The notes under the pieces: model-generated | What the model was told of the DNA's origin: nothing | Database searches by the model: none | The model's input: the letters and a program-made list of their open reading frames with translations, nothing else | Shown: positions 1 to 11,698 of the stretch, piece by piece | Layout of the letters: each line of letters opens with the position of its first letter | How positions within the stretch are numbered: position 1 is the stretch's first letter | Source of the DNA: Octopus bimaculoides | Taxonomy: Eukaryota | Assembly: GCF_001194135.2 (NCBI RefSeq) | Contig: NC_068984.1 | Span: 127,771,002 to 127,826,641 of the forward strand | Length of the DNA stretch: 55,640 bases | Direction: 5' to 3' | Translations under genes and position numbers: made by a program

Positions 1-67
1 ATACAATATTATTTTGGACGTATATCTTCTGCGATGATTTTTTTGATGTAATTTTCCTGCTCTTATT

Positions 68-112
<45 letters not shown>

Positions 113-116
<4 letters not shown>

Positions 117-275
117 GATGGGCTTCTTTCAGTTTCCATCTACCAAATCCACTCAAGGCTTTGGTTGGCCTGAGGCTATAGCAGAAGACACTTGCCTAAG
201 GTGCCACAAGGTAGGATTGAACCCAAAAGCATCTGGTTGGGAAGCAAGCCATGCCTGCGACTGTCATTTCTCTTT
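113..275 (-). mobile_element. SINE family A, partial copy
   Basis: Reverse complement of the recurring element typified by 21064-21432 (gaagacacttgcc, accaaatccac, gaaactgaaagaagccc). Confidence 0.85.
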
Positions 276-279
276 TCTT

Positions 280-400
280 TTTTACTTCTGTATCAGCCCT
301 AAAAGAATGAAAGACAAAGTTGACCTTGCTGGAATTTGAACTCAGAGAACCCAGCCAGAACAAATATTGCAAGGCTTCTGTCCACTGCTCTGATGATTCT
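280..400 (-). mobile_element. SINE family B, partial copy
   Basis: Reverse complement of the ctgagttcaaattcc...gtcaactttgcctttcatcc core seen in other family B copies. Confidence 0.75.
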
Positions 401-685
401 GTCAATTTATTTCTGTATGAAGCAGCAAAGATTTAGGAAGGTGGGGGAAGATTTTAAAGAAACAAGTGGTGGACAACATCAGTAAAAAGCATTTGTAAAA
501 TAAATATAAAATTGTGTCACAAGGAGAGAAAATTCCTGAGATTTTGGATGAGGTTTTTCTCCATAGAATAATATTTTGTGAATTACATTGTATGATGCAC
601 ACATGTATATGTAAGAAATGCGATTCTGAAATATTTGTGTTCGTAACTGTCATTCATTTTATTCCTTTCTTTTGTTAACTTTCAG

Positions 686-807
686 ATTTTATCAATATTT
701 GCATTTGCCACTACCTGCAGTGTTGAGACAGAATCTAGTTTCAGCATAAAATGTGAAGGGGGAACTAACAGTAAGAACTATTCATTCAAACTAGATTATC
801 CTTTTAT
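686..807 (+). CDS. SYP: Synaptophysin/synaptoporin-like gene, internal exon (end of TM1 and luminal loop 1); upstream exons lie outside the window
   Basis: Acceptor ttaactttcag ends at 685 and donor gtaagt starts at 808. The 122 nt translate as ILSIFAFATTCSVETESSFSIKCEGGTNSKNYSFKLDYPF plus AT, matching the physin motifs IFAFAT and YPF. It is missing from the ORF track because it has no start codon. Confidence 0.93.
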
Positions 808-974
808 GTAAGTATTCTATTTCCTTTTACTTTATAGTTTTTGCTATTATGTGTCTAGTTTTCCATTACTTGCATGAGTGGTGATAAGAATGATGGAAAC
901 TTTTCCTACAGTTAATCTCTTATTCACTCAAACAAACTGAAACCTTCCAAAGTTATATGCTTTGCTTAGTGGTA

Positions 975-1125
975 CCACTTGAGGTTAAGCTCGCTTTTGC
1001 AAACATGTGGTTTTGCCTTTCATCCCTCTGTGCAGTACCTTAGTCAGGTGTTGTCTGTTGTAACCTCAGGTTGACTAATATTCTGTGAGTGAAGCTTGGT
1101 AAACAGAATCTGCATAAGCCTATTG
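975..1125 (+). mobile_element. SINE family A, old degraded copy
   Basis: Collinear but heavily substituted match to the family A core (gtaccttagtcaggtgt, gtgagtgaagcttggtaaacagaa). Confidence 0.5.
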
Positions 1126-1395
1126 TGAGTGTAAGGATATGAGATGTTTTGGTACAGTCATTTTAGCCCTGCCTATTTGGTGCTGCTGATTCGACACTAA
1201 CTTATTTGACGTCAGACATTAAGCATCAGGTACTTTATGGCCAGAGCCTTTTGGCACCATGTTTTTATTCTAGTTGGCAACTAACTTATTACCACAGCTG
1301 CTAAACTACTAAACTTTGTTTAACTTTCAAATGATGGCTAGTGAAATATTGATGATACATGGAAAAGAAAAATTTTCAGACTATGGATTTCTGTA

Positions 1396-1433
<38 letters not shown>

Positions 1434-2106
1434 CCCTCTCTCCCTCCCCCCTCTNNNNNNNNNNNNNNNNNNNNNNNNNNNNNNNNNNNNNNNNNNNNNN
1501 NNNNNNNNNNNNNNNNNNNNNNNNNNNNNNNNNNNNNNNNNNNNNNNNNNNNNNNNNNNNNNNNNNNNNNNNNNNNNNNNNNNNNNNNNNNNNNNNNNNN
1601 NNNNNNNNNNNNNNNNNNNNNNNNNNNNNNNNNNNNNNNNNNNNNNNNNNNNNNNNNNNNNNNNNNNNNNNNNNNNNNNNNNNNNNNNNNNNNNNNNNNN
1701 NNNNNNNNNNNNNNNNNNNNNNNNNNNNNNNNNNNNNNNNNNNNNNNNNNNNNNNNNNNNNNNNNNNNNNNNNNNNNNNNNNNNNNNNNNNNNNNNNNNN
1801 NNNNNNNNNNNNNNNNNNNNNNNNNNNNNNNNNNNNNNNNNNNNNNNNNNNNNNNNNNNNNNNNNNNNNNNNNNNNNNNNNNNNNNNNNNNNNNNNNNNN
1901 NNNNNNNNNNNNNNNNNNNNNNNNNNNNNNNNNNNNNNNNNNNNNNNNNNNNNNNNNNNNNNNNNNNNNNNNNNNNNNNNNNNNNNNNNNNNNNNNNNNN
2001 NNNGACTGATTTATGTTTATAAAGAAACAAACATATAATAACAGATAATAACTTTATTTATCAAAAAATGCTATGAGGATAAAAATAAACCTTCTTTTCT
2101 ATAATG

Positions 2107-2432
2107 TTATTCAACAAAGCCACCTTCAGCTTCAACAACTGCTTTAATATAAGATCTAAATCATCTACATGCTTGAACCAAGTGGTCCTGGTTCATTTTA
2201 GACATTACTCTGACTATGGCAGCTTTCAAAGAATCTTTGGTGTTATAGGTGTGTTCATTGACCTCTCTCTCAACAATGCTCCACATGTAATAGTCCAATG
2301 GATTAAGATCTGAGGAATTAGGAGGCCAAATGTTAGAGGTTTTGTGATCATGAAAATTTTCAGCTATCCATTCCTGTGTTACTAGAGCCATGTGTGATAG
2401 TGCAGAGTCTTACTGAAATACATATGGCCTTC
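2107..2432 (-). mobile_element. Tc1/mariner transposase remnant (C-terminal catalytic region)
   Basis: The minus strand reads RRPYVFQ*DSALSH...WIAENF...IWPPNSSDLNPLDYYMWSIVE...ACR*FRSYIKAVVEAEGGFVE*. The QDxAxxH and WPPNSPDLNPLDY motifs are present, with in-frame stops. Confidence 0.88.
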
Positions 2433-2763
2433 TTTAGTGACAGCAGTCGCTAAAGAATGTTTGCATAGGTATGTCTTTTCTCATGTCAGTTCCATAATTA
2501 TCTACCACCTCTGTTTCTATGGCACAAACTTCCTGTTTTTTAAAGTGTTCTTATCTAAAACCTCCCACCAGAATTTCATATTGATTTATGCTTCAAATGC
2601 CACCATAATAATATTTTCAAAAAAAAAAAAAAAAAAAGCCTAGAAAGGTTAAATGAGACAGCAGTCACCAAAGAATGTTTATATAGATATGTCTTTTCTC
2701 ATGTTAATCTCATAATTATTTACTTTCCCAGTGTTAACAATGGCACATTACATTATATTGCAG

Positions 2764-2956
2764 CATTAATATGCATGCTGAAATTCCTCTCTGTAGTGAT
2801 TCCAAGACTACGGAGTCAATTTACTACAGTGTGAAGTCTAGTTGCGAATTCTATGTCTTCATTGGAGTGATGGCCTTCCTCTACTGTCTGGCTGCATTGG
2901 TCATCTATATCTACTTTGATGAAGTCTATCGTAAAAACACCAGGCTGACCATCATC
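2764..2956 (+). CDS. SYP: Synaptophysin-like exon (loop 1, TM2)
   Basis: Acceptor tattgcag ends at 2763 and donor gtaagt starts at 2957. The first nt completes the split codon AT|C. It reads INMHAEIPLCSDSKTTESIYYSVKSSCEFYVFIGVMAFLYCLAALVIYIYFDEVYRKNTRLTII, containing the physin SS.EF.V...V.AFLY motif. Confidence 0.95.
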
Positions 2957-3044
2957 GTAAGTATTCAGATTATTACTATCAGTCTAGTAAATGTTGTAAC
3001 AATATTCAAAGAAAGAATCATTAGGGTTTTGGGGGGGAAAAATG

Positions 3045-3880
3045 TCTTTCAGCTTTTCACATCCCATCAAGGCAAACTTTGTCTTCTGTCCTTTCAGAGT
3101 CGATAAAACAAGATACCAGTTGAGTACTGGGTTGTAGTAATCAACTTAACCCCTCCCCTAAAATTGCTGGCCTTGTGCCAAAATTCAAAACAGTTATTGT
3201 TGTTATTATTATTTCATGAAAACTCTCAGTTTATTCTGCTGGCAGACTGAGGTGACACTTGTTTACTGATCATGCGTCAAGAACCCTGTGGAGGACTCTT
3301 GCAGTCCCAAGCAACGATGATGTTTGCTGGTGTTCTATCTTTACATTTGTACCAATCTTTTTGAGCCACATTGGTAGATGGCTACTGATACTCATTTGTT
3401 CAAGTCTTTTTGAGCTATGTTCATTTGTTCTGATCTTTCTGAGCCATCATCATCATCATTATTAGGGTGGTGAGCTGGCAGAATCATTAACATTTTATCC
3501 ATCTATGTTCTGAGTTCAAATATTGCAGAGGTGAAATTTACTTCGCATTCTTTTGGGAGTTGATAAAATAAAGTACCAGCCAGATACTGGGGTTGATGTA
3601 ATTGACCGACTCCCTCTCCCTAAAATTCTTGGCCTTGTGCCTGTAGTAGAAAGGATCACTCTTACTGCTATTAAGACAGCAAGCTGACAGAGTCATAAGT
3701 GTATCAGACCAAATACTTAGTAACATTTCTTCCAGCTTTTTACATCCTAAGTTCAAATCCTGCCATGGCTAACTTTGCCCTCCATCCTTTTGGGATCGAT
3801 AAAATAAAGTACTGGAATCAATGTAACTGATTTTCTTCATCTCATCAAATCATCGGGCCTTATGCCAAAAATTTGAACCA
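3045..3880 (+). mobile_element. Head-to-tail cluster of three SINE family B copies (~3045-3190, 3462-3650, 3672-3880)
   Basis: Repeated gagttcaaa...gataaaataagtaccag...ctggccttgtgccaaaa, with (TTA)n/(CAT)n between the first two copies. Confidence 0.85.
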
Positions 3881-4321
3881 GAGGCATTGTGAACCATATC
3901 CAAATGAAGGCCACTCAATGGATTGGCATGAAACCACTATCACTGTTCATCCTTTTATTCACAGATATACTGTGTCCACTCTCTGCCTTTTCTACCACTA
4001 CTATAGTAGCATCTGCTTTTCAGTGCTGCTTGATTTTGTGCTACTTCCACTCAAGCACTTCTCACTCACTTGTCTCTCATCTTCCTTATCTTGCACACCC
4101 CAGCCCTCAGGCTCTGCACCCACATGCCTATTACTTCCTCTCCAGAGCATCAGCCCTCTGGAATTACCTCCTTACATGTGTTTTCCTGCAACCATCATGT
4201 TGCAAATGTTTAATGACAAATGTTGACCATGTCAATCTCACTGATCTCAGAGTTTACTGTTTACAGTATTATATTTCATGTTAACTGTGCATGATACACT
4301 TTTATCAAATGTGTTTACTGT

Positions 4322-4635
4322 GAAGGTACATGACTCAGTGGTTAGAGCATCAAGCTTACAATTTTGAGGTTGTGAGTTCGATTCTTGGATCAAGCTGTGT
4401 TGTGTTCTTGGGAAAGACACTTTATTTCACATTGCTCCAGTTTACTCAGCTGCAGAAATGAATTGTGATGTTACTGGTGCTAAGCTGTATCAGCCTTTGC
4501 CTCTCCCTTGGATAACATCAGCGGCATAGAGAGGGAAGGCTGGTATGCATGGGTGACTACTGATCTTCCACTAACATGAAGAGAACTTTCAAGGTGCAAT
4601 CCCATGGTCATTTATCACCAAAGAGGGTTTTTTAC
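4322..4635 (+). mobile_element. tRNA-derived SINE (middle module M2, tail type Z)
   Basis: A-box-like tgactcagtgg, B-box-like gagttcgattc, then ttcttgggaaagacactttatttcacattgctccag, shared with other copies. Confidence 0.8.
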
Positions 4636-4890
4636 TATGCATGTTATACATTTACATGTTTGCAATAAACATTACATGTTATGGTACATTTATCAGATGT
4701 GTTTACTGTACGTATTATGTTTCCATTAACACAAATACAAAACTACAACCTTAAGTCTAACACACTAAAATAACAACAGCTGTCTTTAATCTAACATACT
4801 TAAATACATAACCACAGTCAGTAGTTTTATCTTTATACACTTCTATAATCTTTAGTCCAACATGTTATTATACATAACTACAATCAATAG

Positions 4891-5065
4891 TTTAACCTTT
4901 TAGCATTTAAACCAGTCATATCCAGCCTGAATATTCTTCCAGTTTTGAGTTCAAACCAGCCAGATGTGGCCTCTTATATTTCCTTTCCAATGTCATTCTA
5001 AAAGCAAGCAATTACATCATTTGAAATCTTGAAACTACAAGGTTATGCATGCTTAACCTCTTAAC
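4891..5065 (+). mobile_element. Dispersed repeat, possibly a piggyBac-type MITE fragment
   Basis: Starts TTAA-CCTTTTAGCATTTAAACC. A reverse-complement copy lies at ~18300-18460 and also ends at TTAA. Confidence 0.4.
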
Positions 5066-5261
5066 ATACACATTTTTTATTCAGTTTCCATGCAATAAAT
5101 GTCATATATTTTTTATTATTTATTTTGAATTGTTTTGGATTAGCTATGATCTATTATGAAGTTATTGATAGAAATGGTAGTTACTAATAGTTAACGATAG
5201 AAAATGAGAATAACATCATGAATGAAGTATTTCTACCTTGTCTCTTCCTTTCACACCACAG

Positions 5262-5444
5262 GACTTTGTCACAACTGCTGTCTTTGCATTGATGTGGCTC
5301 ATTTCTTCTTCTGCCTGGGCCCAGGGTGTTTCTGATCTCAAGTACTATTCAGACCCAGAGGATGCGTTATTTCAGAAATTGAGTTGTGAGAAACGCTGTA
5401 TAAAAGGACCAGATGCCAACTTTTCGACCCTGGATGTCTCAATT
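5262..5444 (+). CDS. SYP: Synaptophysin-like exon (TM3, luminal loop 2)
   Basis: Acceptor cctttcacaccacag ends at 5261 and donor gtaaga starts at 5445. The exon is 183 nt, phase 0-0: DFVTTAVFALMWLISSSAWAQGVSDLKYYSDPEDALFQKLSCEKRCIKGPDANFSTLDVSI, containing the hallmark DF..TAVFA.MWL.SSSAWA.G.SD.K motif. Confidence 0.97.
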
Positions 5445-6485
5445 GTAAGAAACATTTTGCTGTTTTCACATTACTTATTAACTAATTTCATACATCCCTC
5501 ATATCCTTATACATACACACTATTGTGTGCATATACTCTTATGCACACTATTACGTGCATATATATGCATGCATATACTTCTATACACCCATTCATTCTT
5601 ACATACATAGACAATCTCACCCACATATGTATACACTGACACATGCACACCATCAAACTGACACACACACACACACTATGTATGTTTTTGCATGCTTACA
5701 TATCATCACTAATACTTCTATACACACACCACTATGCACCATCACAAACCAAATATATTCACACCAATAACACAACCATTTGCTGCACACAGTATATCAA
5801 CACACCATTGCATTCACACATACACGTGGTCACTAGCTTTGCTAGAAATAGCAGCCAGGTCTCTCTCAAATAACACCTGACTGTCCTAAATAAAGAAGCA
5901 TACATTGGATACTGCAGTCACTGACATACATAAAGATGGAGTGGTCATGACTGGAGCACCTTTGATCATAACTCAGTTGATTCAAGGTGGACTTATGACT
6001 AAAGAACAACAGCAACACACATGCACATGCAGACTGCCAATGTTGAAGCAGAAACTGTTCTTATCCAATACAAGTAACCCCTTGTTTGTGTTAATTGGTG
6101 TATGGTGTTATTTGAATTATCTGGGAGGAACTTTTAAGTGTTACTTTTCATTGTTCTGGGGTCATTAAATAAATAAAGTGCTAGTCAGGTCTTAGAGTCT
6201 ATTCTTCTTCCCCCACCCATAGGATATCAATTCAACAGGGAAAGGTCTTGGTGAAGTGATTGATGTGGGATTTGCAGTGTAAAACTAGAGCTGGTTGTGT
6301 CCTGGTAGCTGGGATATGTTCTACGCTGTTTATTTGTTTAAAGGAGCAAGAATTCTGTTGTGTTATAAAAAGAAAAAGAAAAGAAAACAGGAGGAAGCAT
6401 ATCTGTGTGGTGCAAATGGTTGTCTTCACTTTGTAATACAGCATAATTTTATGAAATGTAATTCTCTAGTTTTAATTTTTACTGA

Positions 6486-6656
<171 letters not shown>

Positions 6657-9600
6657 AAAAATAAAAAGTGGTACAGGACAGGGACATTGCTGTATTAGTC
6701 AGTCATATGTCACCTTGCTATTGTTATCATTCAGTAGATGAGAAAGATGCAGATAGAAAGAACAGCATATGATGTGCATTGTATAATATTTTGAGGATGT
6801 AACGTTAATTTTCTCTAGGAAGAGAGTGTTAAGTAAGTCAGCAATGGTCAACCATAATTTAATGTCGATCTGGTTCTAATTCCTAACACCAAGCAGCAGA
6901 TATGACTGACTGAGTGACTGTTTGTATGCACGTGTGTTTATGCATGTGTGCGTGATTATGTGTGTACACTCAGCAACCAGTTTGTTACACTTGTAATACC
7001 TAACATAGTTGGATACTAAGTGTATATATGAGTATGTATGTGTGCCTGTATCTGTATGTGTGTATATGACAAGTTAAAGGTGTGTTGAGTCTTGTTGCTA
7101 CATCTTGAGACAACACATTCAAAAGGTAAGAATGAAAGTTGCTGCCACATCTCTGATGACCTTCCTTCATGTGTCTTGTGCTTTATTCTGCTCTATCCAG
7201 ATGTTTGGAGAAAAGATTCAATACTATAGCATACTTTCCCTATATGGGACATTGCTTCCATATGATACATGCAATCTGTGTGTGACTGAATCATTGCATG
7301 AATGTCTATATGTGTATACATGTGCATCACTGTTAGTGAGTATGAACATTTGCGTGTGTGAAAGATTTTTCTTTTTCCAATTCACTTTGAGATTATGAGA
7401 ATTTACATAGTTTGAGCAGGTTGAACCCAAATTTATTTCAACCCAAATTAATTATAAAACCCACCCCCTCCTAAGGCTCTGGTTCAATTTTAGCCTAGTA
7501 GTTTCTCAATATAAATTCAGTAGATGTTTGTTGCTTAAGAAACAGATTCCAAATATTTAGATTTAATGGAGTAATTAACCATTAAAGTTTGTTTTATTTT
7601 CATTTTTATTTTTTGTGTGTGAATCCTAAAAAAAAAAAAACCTGAGGGAAATAAATATATGATGTAATTTTTTTTTTTTTAAATGAATTATATATTGCGA
7701 TAGTGAGAAGATGGCAACATATTTTTAATGATAGCTTGTTAGGTTAAGTCTTCTTGAACTAGTGATGTCTCAGTCACCAGTTCAAGTATTAAGTAGAATA
7801 AAACTTCTATCTATCATGGGCCTTAGTTTAGTTGTAGCCAGGTAACTTCCTGACCAGTAGCTACTTTGTTTACCATGTTGAATCTCCATTAGATAGCAGG
7901 AGACCATCTTCATATTTTCTTAATACTGCATTATATTATCTCTAATCGGAGAGTGATCAACAATTTCTCATGTGATCAGTGCCTCGATTGATTATTTCTT
8001 CTATTTACCTACAATTTACAGAAGGGCATCTAAAAAAAACAAATATGCTCCCATTTCTGTTCAATTATCTTGAAAGTTCTTTAGTTAATCTCTTGACATG
8101 TCAGAAAATCTAATATTTTCTATAAAAGAAAAGCAATTTTTTTTTCTTCTTCTTTTAACTGAGAAGCAATCAAGTGAAAATTGTTTGATGATTTTTACAT
8201 TTCTAACAACATGGCATTGTTTTCCTTTTATTGTTTTGGTTTTTCGTTTCTTTTTTTTCTTTTTTAAAATTTTTAGCAAAAGTTGTATTTTTCTACTTAC
8301 TTGATGAAAACTGTTTCACTTTTTTATAAGCCAATTTTTATATTTAGCAGTTAAAACATTTCTTTCCCTCTTCTGCAGCTTTCCACTTTTCAAAAATTTG
8401 TGACAGATGAAAACTACTTCCTGTTCAATTAAACTGTCATCTGTTTTGTTTTTGTTTTATTATTGTACAATAAAAAAAAGTAACTTTTGGGATGAAAACG
8501 TTTTTTTTTTTTTTTAGTTTAACACTATCTTTAATTTTTTTTATTTGACTATTTATTTATGCTAATCTTCAATTATCTGTTATTTTATGTTTTAAATATA
8601 ACTCTACTGGAGTATGACTCAACTGAATGTGACTGAACCAAGCAGTCAGTATTTTTAGCATGCTTAATATTCTCATAGTTTTCTATATAAATTTAAATTT
8701 CTTTTAGTAGTAATCCAAGGTTTGTACAGAGAATGTATGTTCAAGCAAAAGTATTGGGATAGCTATAAAGACTGTATGAAAGAGAATTTCCTTGTGACTT
8801 TTAGAAATTGGAATTCTCCTTTATATAAAATGTTATGTCTACAACCACACACTGTTTAAACATATATCTAAATAAATGTTAATTTAAAAAGAGTTTAATG
8901 ATTAGAAAACATCCTTTTGCTCATATAGGTTATTTTAGTTATCCAGTCATGTATGCCTGTCTTTTGTGATAACAAGACTTAATTGTAGTTACTTTTACCT
9001 AATTTCCTACCAAACTGCCATAAAGTCACCAGGTAGATTGATCCACTGCCAGGAATTCTTTAAAGCATGAAGTTAGTCAATATTTTCAGTTCAATAATTG
9101 ATTATATTTACCTAAAACTATAGCTCATTAGCATGGTCAAGATAAATCTTGGTCTTCAAACCGCCTTTAAATTTGGCTTATTTCAGCTCTTGTTAATAAA
9201 ACATTGCTTACTTCTCAATAAAATAGATGAGTGCAGTGAAGCATTTGTGAATGCTCAATATTGCTGTTAATACTTTTACTGTTAGTGTTATTATGTTGAT
9301 GTTCTTTAACATTATAATTAATACAAACTATTTTTATTGTCTTGAAAACCCTGGTTTCCTCTCTATTGAGAATAGTTCAAAAAAGATATGCTTCCCACTC
9401 TTTTATGATTTAAAATTTGTTTCCTAAAATCTTGAACTGATCAGATCTTTCAAACTTCTTGGGTTTGGGTTCTTCAGCTATTGCTCTCTTCTATCACTTT
9501 TAAGAGGGCCTCCACAGGCATCAGATCAGTCTCTACTCTCAGCCAATAGTTGACAATATTCCCTGTATTGATAATATCTTATGAAGATAGTAAATGATGG

Positions 9601-10401
9601 CCTAAACATTTATACTTTTCCCTAACTATTTTCATAAACATTTTTTTTATTTGGGTTTTTTTTAGTGCCACACTTTCTGTCAACTGGCTATTAGTTACTG
9701 GTATGTAATGATCCAGAGATTCAATCTGATTCTCAAAACTGATCATTATGATTACCTGATGTCACACAATTACCTCTTACCATTAATCTAGTTGTTAAGG
9801 ATGCAATGAGAAAAAACTGCCAGGACAGAAAGTATTGAAGTAAAATCTATGTGAAATTGTTGTATTCCTTCATGACAAGCATAACTTTGAATTTTTTTTT
9901 TTTGATTTTTTTTATTATGGTATGTTTGAGTGAAAATGGTGAAGAATGCTAAATAATTTATTTGATTGGAGATTCTGTAATCAGCGTTGGGGTTGGTAAA
10001 GAAATCAACAAATATATATAAGTGGCCGACAACTTGTGTTTATATTTAAAACATTGACATCATTTAATACTGATTCCTTTAGTGGGTCTGTGAATGTATG
10101 GTAGGCTGAAAGAGGCTTGTAGTATGGAAACCTTCCTCCTCCATCAGGCAATCAATGTAACACTATTGACTTTTAATTATTAGTGTTTGGTCCTACCAGT
10201 GAACACTAGGTTTGTTGAAATATATTATTGAGATACTGTGTGGCTGTAGAAGGTAGCTAAGTAGTTAGTGTTTGTGTTGGTATATTTGCGCTAATTACCT
10301 ACAATTGCAGAACACCTGCACATTAGATGCAAGCTAAAATAGTGGGGGGGAAAACGAGAGAGATAAAGGAGAAAGATATTATGTACAACATGATTCAGTG
10401 A

Positions 10402-10435
<34 letters not shown>

Positions 10436-11440
10436 TTAGATTTGAACCTCTGCATCTGCCCACCCCAGACTGCTAGCACTCAGAATCAAACTCAGATTCA
10501 CACGGTTATTTGTTCATGTCAGTCTATCATTAGATGACTTTCAAAGAATTGTCTTTTTTGTTTTGGTTCAACCAACACCTGAGGTTGTTTAGTTTGGTAT
10601 CACCCTAAAATTTTAATCAACCTTCTCTGTTGAAATTCATTGTAATATGTCCATTTAAGAATCGAATCTTCTTGAGTACATTTTTGGGGGTATCAACTTG
10701 TAAGTTGATCAGTTCTTGTGAATTACTTTTCATTTAAATCAGACGCTGTATGTTAGTAGCTGTAGTTGCTAAAACTTGGCTACTTTTTCATATAGCACTT
10801 GCTTTCTGTGGAATGATTTAATTTGAGTTTTTTTTGTTGGTTTTTTTTTTATCCAATTGTTATTCTTTGTTAACAGACAACTCTAGCAATAACATTATTG
10901 ATAGATTTAGTTCCTTCGTATTGGGAAAATCTCTGAACCACTTTCACTTCAACCAGGTCTCTGAATTCTGGGGTTTTGCTCTGCCTACAAACCTACCCTG
11001 TTAGAAACTACTATAATGCTTTTAAACTTGACTGCATAATCCTAAAATTAGTTTTGAAGTTTATCTCACAATTATTCCGGGCTCAATTTTCAAACCATTT
11101 TGATGGCTATGTCTTACAGAATAAATTGTTTGTTTTGTTATATTTTGTTTGATTTGCTTTTTATTTGTTGTTTTTTTCCTCTGGGCAGGTTGATTTTATT
11201 TTATAAATAACCAGGCTTTTTGCTGCTCTTTAAAAGTTCCTTCTCTTCTGCCTTGTCCTCATTAGCAGTTAAATACAAACCTTTCTCATTCTATATATTC
11301 AAAACATACGAGTCTGACAATCAGTTTTAATATCATTGAAGTGTTTAACTATGGTTCTGACCCTCTCACACATCCAAACCATTCACAGTACATAAACCAT
11401 TCCTTAGTATAATGAAATAAAAGACTTATTTCTACATTTA
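6657..11440 (+). other. Probable extended 3' UTR of the synaptophysin-like gene
   Basis: Directly follows the stop codon. It is T-rich on + with many U-tracts and has no SINE copies, unlike the rest of the window. AATAAA occurs at 6659, 7650, 7797, 8469, 11120 and 11416, among others. The end point is inferred. Confidence 0.45.
11120..11125 (+). promoter_or_regulatory. Candidate distal polyadenylation signal
   Basis: AATAAA followed by a long GU/U-rich stretch (ttgtttgttttgttatattttgtttgatttgc). A second AATAAA at 11416 lies near the end of the SINE-free tract. Confidence 0.35.
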
Positions 11441-11664
11441 CCACTTTCAATGTCTCTAGGAAAATAATGAATACCTCTGCATTCCAATTTCCCATTTCTT
11501 TTTATTCCTAATTAAGAAATTATATATATATGGATTTACCATACCACCATTGGTTTCATACGAAAACATTGCAATTATCAAGCATTCCACTAAAAAAAAT
11601 GTTGGTAATCCATCTCTATTCTGGATAAAGCTCTCTCTCCATCTCTCTCTATATATGTATACAT

Positions 11665-11698
<34 letters not shown>

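Noticed and set aside
2721-2740. Alternative acceptor tttcccag at 2731 for the second exon
   Set aside because: It is out of phase with the upstream exon, and the coding frame has TAA at 2735-2737; the AG at 2763 gives the correct phase.
8640-10892. miRNA seed matches in the putative UTR (AGCAATAA at 10885, miR-137-type; CAGTATT near 8646, miR-8/200-type)
   Set aside because: Single AT-rich 7-8mers are expected by chance in ~4.8 kb; conservation data are needed.
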